Source of the DNA: Candidatus Doudnabacteria bacterium
GTDB taxonomy: Bacteria > Patescibacteriota > JAQUNI01
DNA length: 64,000 nucleotides
Assembly: GCA_041644975.1 (NCBI GenBank)
Contig: JBAZQX010000008.1
Span: 334 to 64,333, forward strand
Reading direction: 5' to 3'
The notes beneath the pieces are model-generated. The model did no database searches. It was not told the DNA's origin and saw nothing but the letters and a program-made list of their open reading frames with translations. The translations under genes and the position numbers were made by a program. Positions 40,644 through 49,920 of the stretch are shown piece by piece; position 1 is the stretch's first letter; the number at the start of each line of letters is the position of its first letter.

Positions 40644-41126
40644 ATGAAAAAGAAAGGTAACAAAGGTAACACTATAAAAAAGAGAATAACCCAAGAAAAA
40701 GCCAATTTTCTAGATGCTTATAAAAAACAGTGGACTATCAGCGGGGCGGCTAAGGCAATCAGAAGGAGTAGAAAACAGTGCCATCATTGGCTTAGAAAAG
40801 ATAAAAAATTTAGAGAACAGTTTAAGGAAATCAAATTAGAACATATTGATTACACAGTGACTAAATTAGTGGAATTAATTTCGTATGGGAATTTAGGAGC
40901 GATAATCTATTTCCTAAAGTGCCAAAGCAAAAAGTGGAGGCCGTGGGAGAAAAGAGAAATTAGCGGAACTCTTAAACCTGAAGTTGAGCAAAAAATAAGC
41001 ACCGACCCGATTCTTAAAAAAGCAGTAAGATTTTACGAAGAAGAGCTAAAAAATGAGATTATAAAAAAAACCAAAAAAATTAAAGAGTTTGAAAACACAA
41101 AAAGTTATCTACTTAAAAGAGCTTGA
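40644..41126 (+). CDS. HTH protein resembling a terminase small subunit
   Basis: KANFLDAYK..TISGAAKAIRRSRKQCHHWLRKDKKFRE..GNLGAIIYFLKC. Confidence 0.65.
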   Translation: MKKKGNKGNTIKKRITQEKANFLDAYKKQWTISGAAKAIRRSRKQCHHWLRKDKKFREQFKEIKLEHIDYTVTKLVELISYGNLGAIIYFLKCQSKKWRPWEKREISGTLKPEVEQKISTDPILKKAVRFYEEELKNEIIKKTKKIKEFENTKSYLLKRA

Positions 41127-41406
41127 CTTGTTTTCTGGATAGCGCCATTCTTGTGTTGAGGAACCTATCAGACATATACAACGGTCATGGCTGGACTAAT
41201 CAGCCGCTAAAAGAGGCTCAGGTGATTAGTCCACCCGAGTCTCTTTTAATAAAAGCCAAGCTAAAAATTAGTTACAAACTAAACGACCCCGCCGTGAAGC
41301 AAAGAGTCGCTTAGTAAAAACGGTCACCAATGGTCTATACAACCATTAGCGTCCAATTATTTTATAGCAATAACTAAGAACTCTTGCAAGCAAGAGGGGA
41401 ATAAAC

Positions 41407-43080
41407 ATGACAAAAACATCAACTATCACCTATCCTCCCGTTATCGGAGGACAATCACCCCTAACAAAAACGAAGCGAGCGGCAACCTACATCAGATGTT
41501 CCTCTGATGAAGCAAAAAAAGAAGGCTATAGCCCGGAAACTCAAGAAGAAAAATCAAAGGAACTTATAAAAAATTTTGGATGGCAGCTTAATAAAAATCA
41601 CATTTATCTTGATATTGGATTCTCGGGTAGCACCGATAAACGACCTGAATTACAACGATTATTAAGAGATGCAGAAAATAAAGAATTTGATGTTGTGGTT
41701 GTTTATAGAATGGATAGATTTTTCAGAAACCTCAGATTATTACTAAATACTGTCGGAGAACTAAAGGAACTTGGAATAGAATTTAAATCTGTCACCGAAC
41801 CATTTGATACTTCAACCCCTACTGGTAGGGCAATGTTCGCAAACGCAGGAGTATTTGCGGAATGGATGAGAGAGGTGGGGTTGGAGGCGAGGAACGAAGG
41901 CATGATAAAAGCAATGAAAGAAGGAAAATGGTTGGGAGGGACTCCTCCATACGGTTACAAGTTAAATAATGACAAACATAAATTAGAGATTGACGAAGAA
42001 GAAACCCCAATAATTAAAATGCTCTTCGGGTGGCTTGTAGATGAAAAGTTAAGCGAATATAAAATTCAGCAAAAAATAAACGCAATGAAGATTCCTACTA
42101 AATATGACAGATTAGGAAGAGAAAAGAAAACAAAGAGTAAATGTTGGTGGAACCGAAGAGTTATAGGAAGAATATTAAGAAGCGAAATCTATACAGGAAC
42201 ATTCTACTATAGAAGATATAAATATCCTGGAAGAGTAAAAGGAGAAAATAATTTAAGACCAAAAGAGGAATGGATTAGGGTTGAAGATAAAAATCTCAAA
42301 ATCATTCCCCGAGAGTTCTTTGAAAAAGCCCAACAGCAATTGAAAAAGAATAAAGAGTTATCACCTAGAAACACTAAGCAGATTTATACGCTCCAACATA
42401 AAATCATCTGTGGTCTTGATGGTTATTATTATCAGTGTGCGACGAGACATTATTCTAATAAATTTGGCCACGGAGAAACTAAATACTATTTCTGCTCAGG
42501 AATTAGGCCCTGTTTTACTCCCAAACGATGTTCTGCTCCAAGTGTAAGCGAATCACGGATTCTTCCTCCTGTATGGAAAAAACTCAAAGAAATTCTCACT
42601 GATCCAGAAGTTATAATGCGAGAGCTTAGAGATTACCTCAAACGGAAAAATAAGAAAAACCAAATTCACAAACAATTAAATGATATCAAAAACACTCTGA
42701 GTTCTTTGAATGCAAAACGAGAGAGATATGCTGAGCTTTATGCCGAAGGCTCTATTAATAAAGAGTTCTATGATAAAAAGACACAAGAATGCAAAAAAGA
42801 GGTGGAAAGATTAAAAAAAGAAGAAGAAAAACTCTCCCAGCTCTTACTTACCGAAGAAGAAAAACAAAAACGAATAAAATCTGTAGAAAATCTCTATCAC
42901 GAATTGAAAGAAAGCCTTAAAAGTGTTACATATGAAGTGAAAAGGGAAATTCTCCAGCGTTTAGTGGAAAAAATAGTCAAAACTGATAACAGGTTAGACA
43001 TAGAATTTAATATACCGTTTACCGAAAGTTCTCTAAAACCAGCCTCTGAATGTTTGACGGACAGCAGAAGAATTTATTGA
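41407..43080 (+). CDS. Large serine recombinase (integrase)
   Basis: YIRCSS catalytic motif, SGSTDKRPEL, YRMDRFFR, GGTPPYGY recombinase domain, Zn-ribbon Cys residues, coiled coil; its stop lies just beyond attR. Confidence 0.95.
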   Translation: MTKTSTITYPPVIGGQSPLTKTKRAATYIRCSSDEAKKEGYSPETQEEKSKELIKNFGWQLNKNHIYLDIGFSGSTDKRPELQRLLRDAENKEFDVVVVYRMDRFFRNLRLLLNTVGELKELGIEFKSVTEPFDTSTPTGRAMFANAGVFAEWMREVGLEARNEGMIKAMKEGKWLGGTPPYGYKLNNDKHKLEIDEEETPIIKMLFGWLVDEKLSEYKIQQKINAMKIPTKYDRLGREKKTKSKCWWNRRVIGRILRSEIYTGTFYYRRYKYPGRVKGENNLRPKEEWIRVEDKNLKIIPREFFEKAQQQLKKNKELSPRNTKQIYTLQHKIICGLDGYYYQCATRHYSNKFGHGETKYYFCSGIRPCFTPKRCSAPSVSESRILPPVWKKLKEILTDPEVIMRELRDYLKRKNKKNQIHKQLNDIKNTLSSLNAKRERYAELYAEGSINKEFYDKKTQECKKEVERLKKEEEKLSQLLLTEEEKQKRIKSVENLYHELKESLKSVTYEVKREILQRLVEKIVKTDNRLDIEFNIPFTESSLKPASECLTDSRRIY

Positions 43081-44032
43081 AATCTATAATCCCGGTCCCG
43101 CAGAAATTGATTTAACAAATTGGCAAATTGATGACCAGGAAAATAAAGGCTCGCATCCTTATACTTTTCCAGAAAATTTTATCATCAAGAGAGGGGAGTA
43201 TATTACTCTCCCCTATTCTCAAACTAAAATTTCGCTGAATAACAACGACGACTGGGTCAGGCTCCTATGGCCTGATGGACAAGCCATTGACGAGGTTTCG
43301 TATTCCGATCCCCCTGAAGGCGAATCATACAATAAAACCAACAACGGCTGGCGCTGGAGCTGCGCCGCCACGCCAGGCGAACCGAACAAAATCGCATCTA
43401 ATGATGAATGCGCCGCATCGCCAGAGGAAGAAACCAAGAATTATTCGCGCGCTCTCTGGATCAATGAATTTTTACCTGATCCAAAAGGCAAAGATGAAGA
43501 AGGCGAATTTATTGAATTGCAAAATCGGGGCGAAGAAGAAATTGATTTAACTGATTGGCAGATTGATGATTGTGAAAATACTGGCTCCAAGCCGCACACT
43601 TTTCCCGAAAATACTAAAATTAAAACTAATTCTTATCTCGTCCTTTACTACAGAGAAACTAAAATATCTTTAAACAACAACGGCGATTGCGTGCGGCTTC
43701 TGAACCCCTCAAGTCAGGCAGTTGACGAAATTAAATATGGCAAAGCCAAAGAAGGACAATCTTACAGCCGCCAAAATGTGGATCATTGGCAATGGGGAAA
43801 ACCCACACCAGGCAAAGACAATGAATTTACCCAAATTTTAGCCGCAAAAAATAGTATAACGAAGAATAATCAACCTCCTGCAACCACTCCTAAACGTCAA
43901 ACTTTACCCCAAACCGGACCAAATATATATTTTTATTTCTCCCTTATCTTCCTATTTTTCTTTCTTTTTTCTTTGACAAAAATTAAAAAATATTATAAAA
44001 ATAGAAGTTGCTCCTTTATCAAATCTGCTTGA
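43070..44032 (+). pseudogene. 3' part of the LTD surface-protein gene, with LPxTG-type anchor
   Basis: Frame open from EFIEIYNPG at 43070 through the 43517 ORF; two LTD repeats; ends LPQTG, TM helix, basic tail. Confidence 0.88.
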
Positions 44033-44069
44033 ACCTTAAACGCAAAAAAACACCAACTGGAGGTATAAA

Positions 44070-44591
44070 ATGTCAGAACAAACGAGCGGAAAGTTAAACC
44101 TGGAATTATTACTTAAGGAACTGCGGCTTTGGAATGAATTTCAAAAAATTCAACCCCAAGACTACATTGAACCAAGATACCCCCGGAACCCAAAACTTGA
44201 GGGAGAAATAGGAGAGATGAATGATGAGCAAAGAAAGCTCTTTACTTTGATTGATAGGAAGCAAACCATCATTGAAAAAATTATAACCAACATTGATGAA
44301 AGTGCCCTTAGCGACGCAGATTTCTACCTCCAAGTAGAAAAAAACCCTAAATTGCAAAACTTAATAAAGACTGTAGATCTGCTCATACCTGCGTTAACGA
44401 CCTTGATTTTTAACGCAAATCCGACAATAGACCGTAAAGAAAAAGTTGCTTTGCGTCAGGGCTTCAAAATCGTCAAAATGAAACGTGAAGTGAGAGCGCT
44501 TTTACAAACACAAAATATCGTTACCCTCATTCTACCACTCACTAATGGCAGCGGGGTCGCAGAAATTTTTTACTCAATGTCGTATAATTAA
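44070..44591 (+). CDS. Hypothetical protein
   Basis: GGAGG SD; 173 aa. Confidence 0.7.
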   Translation: MSEQTSGKLNLELLLKELRLWNEFQKIQPQDYIEPRYPRNPKLEGEIGEMNDEQRKLFTLIDRKQTIIEKIITNIDESALSDADFYLQVEKNPKLQNLIKTVDLLIPALTTLIFNANPTIDRKEKVALRQGFKIVKMKREVRALLQTQNIVTLILPLTNGSGVAEIFYSMSYN

Positions 44592-44788
44592 ATACCACAA
44601 GCACGCCTTGTGGTTTTTTTCTTGCCAGAATTAAAGATTGAAATTCTCCCCTCTTTCCGCTATAATATGTTTGAAGTTTGAATTGGATAATTTTTAATTT
44701 TCATTTTACATTTTTTACCCCATTAAATAATTCGCTGAAAGCGAATTGCCGCGAAGCGGCATTTAATGGGGTGAATTTTACATTTCCT

Positions 44789-45502
44789 ATGTCCGGTCAT
44801 TCTAAATGGGCAACCATTAAACATCAAAAGGGGGCCACGGATCAAAAACGAGGCAAAATTTTTACCAAAATCGGCCATATGATCGCGATCGCGGCCAAAG
44901 AGAGCGGCGGCGATCCAACGATGAATTTTAAACTGCGCCTTGCTTTAGAAAAAGCCAAACAAGTGAATATGCCGCAATCTACGGTTGAAAAGGCAGTGAA
45001 GCGCGGGACTGGCGAAGGAGCAGAAGGCCAAATTGAGGAGGCAACCTATGAGGCTGTGGGGCCCGAGGGCTTGGCAATTATCATTAAAACAGCCACCGAT
45101 AACAAAAACCGCGCCCTTTCCGAGATTAAAAATATCCTTGCTAAAAATGGCGGCAAATTGGGAGAAAGCGGTTCTCTTTCTTGGCAATTTACACCTTGCG
45201 GTATTATTGAGCTAGGAGCATACAAATTCTCCGAGGAGCAGGAACTTGCAGTAATTGAAGCCGGCGCCGAAGATATCAAAATTGAAAATAACGAGACCTT
45301 GATTTATACCACGCCCCAAGACCTTCAAAAAGTCAAAGAAAAACTAGACGCCCTGCAAATCAAAATTGAATCCGCGGAGCTCGGATTTGTACCTAAAAAT
45401 ACTGTTGCTATTGATGTTTCCAAGGTAGAAAAATTATTGAATGCTTTAGAAGAGCACGATGATGTGCAGGAAATTTACACAAATCTAAAAAGTAATCCGT
45501 AA
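44789..45502 (+). CDS. yebC: YebC/PmpR-family protein
   Basis: MSGHSKWATIKHQKG, TDNKNR, LEEHDDVQEIYTN; start reassigned from 44678. Confidence 0.96.
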   Translation: MSGHSKWATIKHQKGATDQKRGKIFTKIGHMIAIAAKESGGDPTMNFKLRLALEKAKQVNMPQSTVEKAVKRGTGEGAEGQIEEATYEAVGPEGLAIIIKTATDNKNRALSEIKNILAKNGGKLGESGSLSWQFTPCGIIELGAYKFSEEQELAVIEAGAEDIKIENNETLIYTTPQDLQKVKEKLDALQIKIESAELGFVPKNTVAIDVSKVEKLLNALEEHDDVQEIYTNLKSNP

Positions 45503-45585
45503 TCAGTAACTAGTAATTAGTACAAATCGGCCTGCGGCCGATAAAAATTACTAATTACCGATTACTAATTACTGATTACTAAGAT

Positions 45586-46065
45586 ATGATCATCCTCGGC
45601 ATTGACCCTGGCACTGCAACTACTGGGTATGGCTTAATAGAGAAAGATCAAAATAGATTGACTTTGATTAAATATGGCATAATCTCTACGCCAGCCAAGC
45701 AAGATCTACCTATACGGCTTGCCACGATTTACAAGGAAATAAACAAAATAATTAAAAAAAATAAACCCGATCTTTTAGCTTGCGAGCAGATTTTCTTTTT
45801 TAAAAATACAAAAACCGCAATCACAGTGGGGCACGCAAGAGGTGTTATTTTGCTTTGCGCAGAACAGAACAAAATTCCAGTTTTTGATGCTACTCCCCTG
45901 CAAGTGAAACAAGCGGTTGCTTGTTATGGGCGTGCCGGCAAAGAGCAGGTCCAAAAAATGGTAAAAATACTGCTCAATCTAAAGGAAATCCCAAAACCCG
46001 ATGACGCGGCTGACGCCCTTGCCTGCGCCATCTGCGCCGCAAATTCTGTAAAAAGCGCAAAATAA
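45586..46065 (+). CDS. ruvC: Crossover junction endodeoxyribonuclease
   Basis: ILGIDPG, EQIFF, GHARGV, PDDAADALA. Confidence 0.97.
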   Translation: MIILGIDPGTATTGYGLIEKDQNRLTLIKYGIISTPAKQDLPIRLATIYKEINKIIKKNKPDLLACEQIFFFKNTKTAITVGHARGVILLCAEQNKIPVFDATPLQVKQAVACYGRAGKEQVQKMVKILLNLKEIPKPDDAADALACAICAANSVKSAK

Positions 46066-46174
46066 TTAGATACATCTGCGCTACAACATCACGAAGCGAT
46101 CACTTTGTGAATTAGGAGGGATTCCAATGAAAGTTAAATAGTTCTTTGAAAAAATTAAAAAACGTTTAGAAAAA

Positions 46175-46228
46175 CCCAAACCCGATGATGCAGCTGATGC
46201 TTTGGCTTGTGCCATTTGCGCCGCTAAT
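46175..46228 (+). repeat. Diverged duplicate of the ruvC 3' end
   Basis: Encodes PKPDDAADALACAICAAN, identical to 45991-46044, with 11 synonymous nucleotide differences. Confidence 0.85.
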
Positions 46229-46256
46229 ACATCTTGCAAGAAAGGAATATGAAAAG

Positions 46257-46514
46257 ATGATAAAAGAAGTAATACCGACAGAAATCAATCCTGGTGATCG
46301 TGTAAAGATTACAAAAGAGGATGAACTTTGGGAAAAACGGGTTGTAGTAGGTATTATTCAGATCTCCAAGGAAGAATACCGTTTTATTATGGCCGGTGAT
46401 GTTGGTAAGGTTGGCATATTTAATCTCACCTACAGGGATAAAAAATGGCAATATACTGACTCTGGAGGACTGCAGACAACAGTAAAAATTAATTATATCA
46501 ATGAGGAGGGATAA
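46257..46514 (+). CDS. Small hypothetical protein
   Basis: MIKEVIPTEINPGDRVKI...; the ORF-track start overlaps the ruvC duplicate in another frame. Confidence 0.55.
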   Translation: MIKEVIPTEINPGDRVKITKEDELWEKRVVVGIIQISKEEYRFIMAGDVGKVGIFNLTYRDKKWQYTDSGGLQTTVKINYINEEG

Positions 46515-46669
46515 AATTACCAAAAGTCTTTCGCGCTATCTTTATAAAATAGCGCTTTTTTATTTTTTCTCCTCTTTATTCCTAATTCACAATTCCTGCT
46601 TCCCGATTCCTGTCTTGCCTCTTGCCTCAATTTAAGTTAAAATACAATTGTTTAGAAAACACAAATTAA

Positions 46670-46797
46670 CCCCTCACCTAGCGGAGATTTTTGTTTTTAT
46701 ATTCGCATCACAGCTATCTTTAAGGAGTATAAATAAAAATCAAAGGTGAGAATAAATTAAGCGAGCCTGAAGGCTCGTATCTCCGCTAGGTGAGGGG
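46670..46797. repeat. Element with perfect 19-bp terminal inverted repeats (REP/MITE-like)
   Basis: cccctcacctagcggagat ... atctccgctaggtgagggg. Confidence 0.75.
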
Positions 46798-46806
46798 GTC
46801 AACTTT

Positions 46807-48384
46807 ATGACCAAAAGTTTATTTTTTACTATTTTCTTGACCGTCACGGCAGTCTCCTTAATCGTCAACACTGCTCTGGCGCAAGAGACCGCGCCCCTGC
46901 AAAATCAAAATCAAATCCTACCCATCCAGATTTCACCCCAAATCAAAGCCAATGCCGGCAAGGACCAAAATGTGGCGACCCAAAGAAAGGTGCTTTTTGA
47001 CGCGTCGGGGTCAATGGTAATTCCGGAGGATTTAGAAGTAAACTATGAATGGAATTTTGGCGATGGTGAAAAGGAAGAAGGCGTGGATGTAATTCATATC
47101 TATAATGAACCAGGCAACTATCGCGTCAAATTAAAAATGACTACTGGTGAGCTAGAATCCGAAGACGAAATCTTTGTCACTGTCTACAATGATCTCTTGG
47201 TGATGATCACGGATAAGACCTTGGACGATCCAGAACTTAAATCTCTGACCCAACACGCGGCGCAAAAAGGAATTTTAATTATTCCGATCCAATATGAACC
47301 TAGCGAGGCGGAATACACGGGCTTGGAAAAATTAACCCGCAAACTTGCGGAATCCTCCGCCGACTTAAAAAAATCTAATATCATCATCACCTGGACTTCT
47401 TCCTTGGCGGGACTAGAGGCGCTCGCTAAGCTTGGCCAACAAACTGAACAGATTGAAGACTTAAGTTTTAATAATAAAACAATCGTGGCAATTACGGATA
47501 AGGGTTTTGGCATCGCTTCCCGAGTGGCGCAGAGCACTTTTGATATTTTAAAACCGGAAGTAGTGCTTTTAACTCATAAAGAGGCATTAACCTCCGTCAT
47601 TGAAACGCGCACTCCCCAAAGCATTATCCCTGCCTTACGTACACAGGGAATTGAATTTAAAACTGTGGGTGTCCACAGCCAGAGGACATTAAATAAACTC
47701 GCGCCTTGGAATTTTGCTTCCTACGCGGTCAATTTTATGATCAATAAAGGCGTGCCTGCCAATACGATTCTGCTTATCCTGATGCTCCCTTTGGTCGCCA
47801 CCATCATTGCCTTTGCCCGTCAGATTTTAGGGATTAAAGCCTTTGGCATTTATATCCCTTCCGTGGTGGCTCTCTCCTTTGTGGCTACGGGCTTAAAATA
47901 TGGACTGGCGATCTTTCTTTTAATTCTCATCTTTGGTACCCTAATGCGTCTCATACTACAGAAGATTAAAATGCTCCATCTGCCCCGCATTGCGATTGTT
48001 TTAACTTTAGTCAGTATCGCGATTCTGGCGATGCTTGCTGAAGGCGCTTATCACGATCGCACCGGCCTCATTGCCGTTTCCATCTTTCCGATGTTAATTA
48101 TGATTATATTGGTAGAGCAATTTGTAAACGTCCAAGTGGACAAAGGCGCGCGCACGGCGATTAAATTAACTCTGGAAACTTTAATTCTCTCCATTATTTG
48201 TTATTTCATTGTCACTTGGCAAACCTTGCGCACGCTCATTATCGCTTATCCCGAGCTTATCTTTTTAACCATCGTCTTAAATTTTGCCTTAGGACGATGG
48301 ACGGGACTACGCGTCTCTGAATATTTCCGCTTTCGGAAAGTCATAAAGGCCATAGTACAAAAGAAAAAAGAAGAAGGAAGGTAA
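46807..48384 (+). CDS. PKD-domain protein with a 7TM_transglut-type membrane domain
   Basis: Signal peptide; ANAGKDQ..FDASGS..YEWNFGDG (PKD); LMLPLVATIIAFARQILGIKAFGIYIP and FPMLIM. Confidence 0.85.
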   Translation: MTKSLFFTIFLTVTAVSLIVNTALAQETAPLQNQNQILPIQISPQIKANAGKDQNVATQRKVLFDASGSMVIPEDLEVNYEWNFGDGEKEEGVDVIHIYNEPGNYRVKLKMTTGELESEDEIFVTVYNDLLVMITDKTLDDPELKSLTQHAAQKGILIIPIQYEPSEAEYTGLEKLTRKLAESSADLKKSNIIITWTSSLAGLEALAKLGQQTEQIEDLSFNNKTIVAITDKGFGIASRVAQSTFDILKPEVVLLTHKEALTSVIETRTPQSIIPALRTQGIEFKTVGVHSQRTLNKLAPWNFASYAVNFMINKGVPANTILLILMLPLVATIIAFARQILGIKAFGIYIPSVVALSFVATGLKYGLAIFLLILIFGTLMRLILQKIKMLHLPRIAIVLTLVSIAILAMLAEGAYHDRTGLIAVSIFPMLIMIILVEQFVNVQVDKGARTAIKLTLETLILSIICYFIVTWQTLRTLIIAYPELIFLTIVLNFALGRWTGLRVSEYFRFRKVIKAIVQKKKEEGR

Positions 48385-48423
48385 AATTTCTAATTTTTTG
48401 GCTTCTCCAGAAAAATCTAACCT

Positions 48424-49878
48424 ATGTTTCAATATCTTAAAACTGCTCAAAGTATCTTGGGTATGAATGCCCGTAATTTTGACTATATTCGTCCTAGCAA
48501 TAGCCGCCGCGCGATTCGTCTCGCAAATAACAAACTAAGAACCAAACATATTCTGCAAAAAGTGGGTATTCCCGTGCCAAAATTATACGGCGTCATCGCG
48601 AACCGCACTGATCTAGATCATTTCTCTTGGGAGACTCTCCCCTCCAGCTTTGTATTAAAACCCAATATGGGTTTAGGAGGGGGTGGAATTATGGTAATCT
48701 ATGGCCGCAAAAAAAACGGCAACTGGATTAAATCATCAGGGGGAGAAGCCACAATTGCCGATTTTAAAGCCCATATTCAAGACATCTTGGACGGACGTTA
48801 TTCCATCTCTAGCGATCCGGATATCGCCTTCTTTGAGGAAAGACTCAAAAAAACTAAAAAATTCCGCCGCTTATGCTACCGCGGCACACCCGATGTCCGC
48901 ATTATCATCTACAATAAGATGCCTTTAATGGCGATGCTTCGCCTGCCCACGCGACGTTCCGAAGGCAAAGCCAATCTTCACCTCGGAGGTATTGGAGTGG
49001 GTATTGATATTGCCACAGGCATGACCACAACCGCGATCCAAGATGACCAAGTGTTAAAAAACATCCCTGGCACCAATCGCGCGCTCTCAAACATCAAAAT
49101 CCCCCACTGGAAACAAATCTTGAGGCTCGCCGTGGAAGCGCAGATTACTTCGGGATTGGGGTATCTGGGAGCGGATATAGTTCTGGATCGCGATCGCGGT
49201 CCGGTGCTCCTTGAGGTAAATGCCCGACCCGGTCTTTCTATCCAAATCGCCAATCTCTCTCCTTTAAAAGAAAGATTGGAGAGGGTGCGGGGCTTAAAAA
49301 TTAAAACTGCGGAAAAAGGCATCCGTGTCGCGCAGGAACTCTTTGGTGGTGAAGTAGAAGAAGTCAAAAAAGATGAAAAGAGCGGTAAATATATCGTGGG
49401 TTCCAGCGAATCAATTATTCTCTTTACCAAAAACGGAGAACAATATCAAATCCAAGCTAAAATTGATACGGGAGCGGGCTATAGTTCAATTAGCACCGAG
49501 CTTGCTCGTATTTTAGGTTTTGACAACGCCCTGGAAGCGATTGAAAAATATCATTTTAACACTCCCCTCACTCCCGAGCAGGCAAAAATAATGGCCCAGG
49601 AGGTTGAAGAAGAGGTGTTGAATAATTACAAAGAAATAGTAAATACAATTATTATCCATTCCGCCCATGGCACTACCTATCGCGTAATGGTTCCTTTAAC
49701 TTTTGTGCTGGCAGGCATGAAAGTGAAAACCGCTGTTTCCATTGTCAAGCGAAAACATTTAAAATATCCAATGATTATTGGCCGCAAAGATCTAAAAAAA
49801 TTTTTGGTTGACCCTGTTAAATCGTTGCAAAGCAAATTTAACAGGGTTGATCCGCATAAAATAGCTAAAACGCATTAA
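48424..49878 (+). CDS. Alpha-L-glutamate-ligase-like ATP-grasp enzyme fused to a retropepsin-like protease domain
   Basis: LGMNARN, FVLKPNMGLGGGGI, GKANLHLGGIGVGID, LEVNARPGLSIQIAN; AKIDTGA and YPMIIGR. Confidence 0.88.
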   Translation: MFQYLKTAQSILGMNARNFDYIRPSNSRRAIRLANNKLRTKHILQKVGIPVPKLYGVIANRTDLDHFSWETLPSSFVLKPNMGLGGGGIMVIYGRKKNGNWIKSSGGEATIADFKAHIQDILDGRYSISSDPDIAFFEERLKKTKKFRRLCYRGTPDVRIIIYNKMPLMAMLRLPTRRSEGKANLHLGGIGVGIDIATGMTTTAIQDDQVLKNIPGTNRALSNIKIPHWKQILRLAVEAQITSGLGYLGADIVLDRDRGPVLLEVNARPGLSIQIANLSPLKERLERVRGLKIKTAEKGIRVAQELFGGEVEEVKKDEKSGKYIVGSSESIILFTKNGEQYQIQAKIDTGAGYSSISTELARILGFDNALEAIEKYHFNTPLTPEQAKIMAQEVEEEVLNNYKEIVNTIIIHSAHGTTYRVMVPLTFVLAGMKVKTAVSIVKRKHLKYPMIIGRKDLKKFLVDPVKSLQSKFNRVDPHKIAKTH

Positions 49879-49920
49879 GTTGGAGGGCTGATCCGCAGTT
49901 AAAATTCACTTAAAAAATTA

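Larger units (their letters stand above)
23688..43073. mobile_element. 19.4-kb integrated element (large serine recombinase; satellite/genomic-island-like), with attL at about 23688 and attR at about 43070 sharing a GAAT core
   Basis: Removing 23692-43073 rejoins the LTD gene in frame (DAENE-FIEIYN); reconstructed attP is an imperfect palindrome TGTTTG.GGACAG-n12-CTGTCC.CAAACA; interior is visibly more AT-rich. Confidence 0.9.

Noticed and set aside
41123-41314. 63-aa ORF before the integrase
   Set aside because: TTG start, no motif, overlaps a hairpin region; more likely non-coding
23692-43073. Element as a complete prophage or conjugative element
   Set aside because: No recognisable capsid, portal, large terminase, tail, relaxase or T4SS genes
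43275-43550. 91-aa ORF, and a standalone gene starting at 43517
   Set aside because: The first is an off-frame shadow; the second is part of the LTD frame open from 43070
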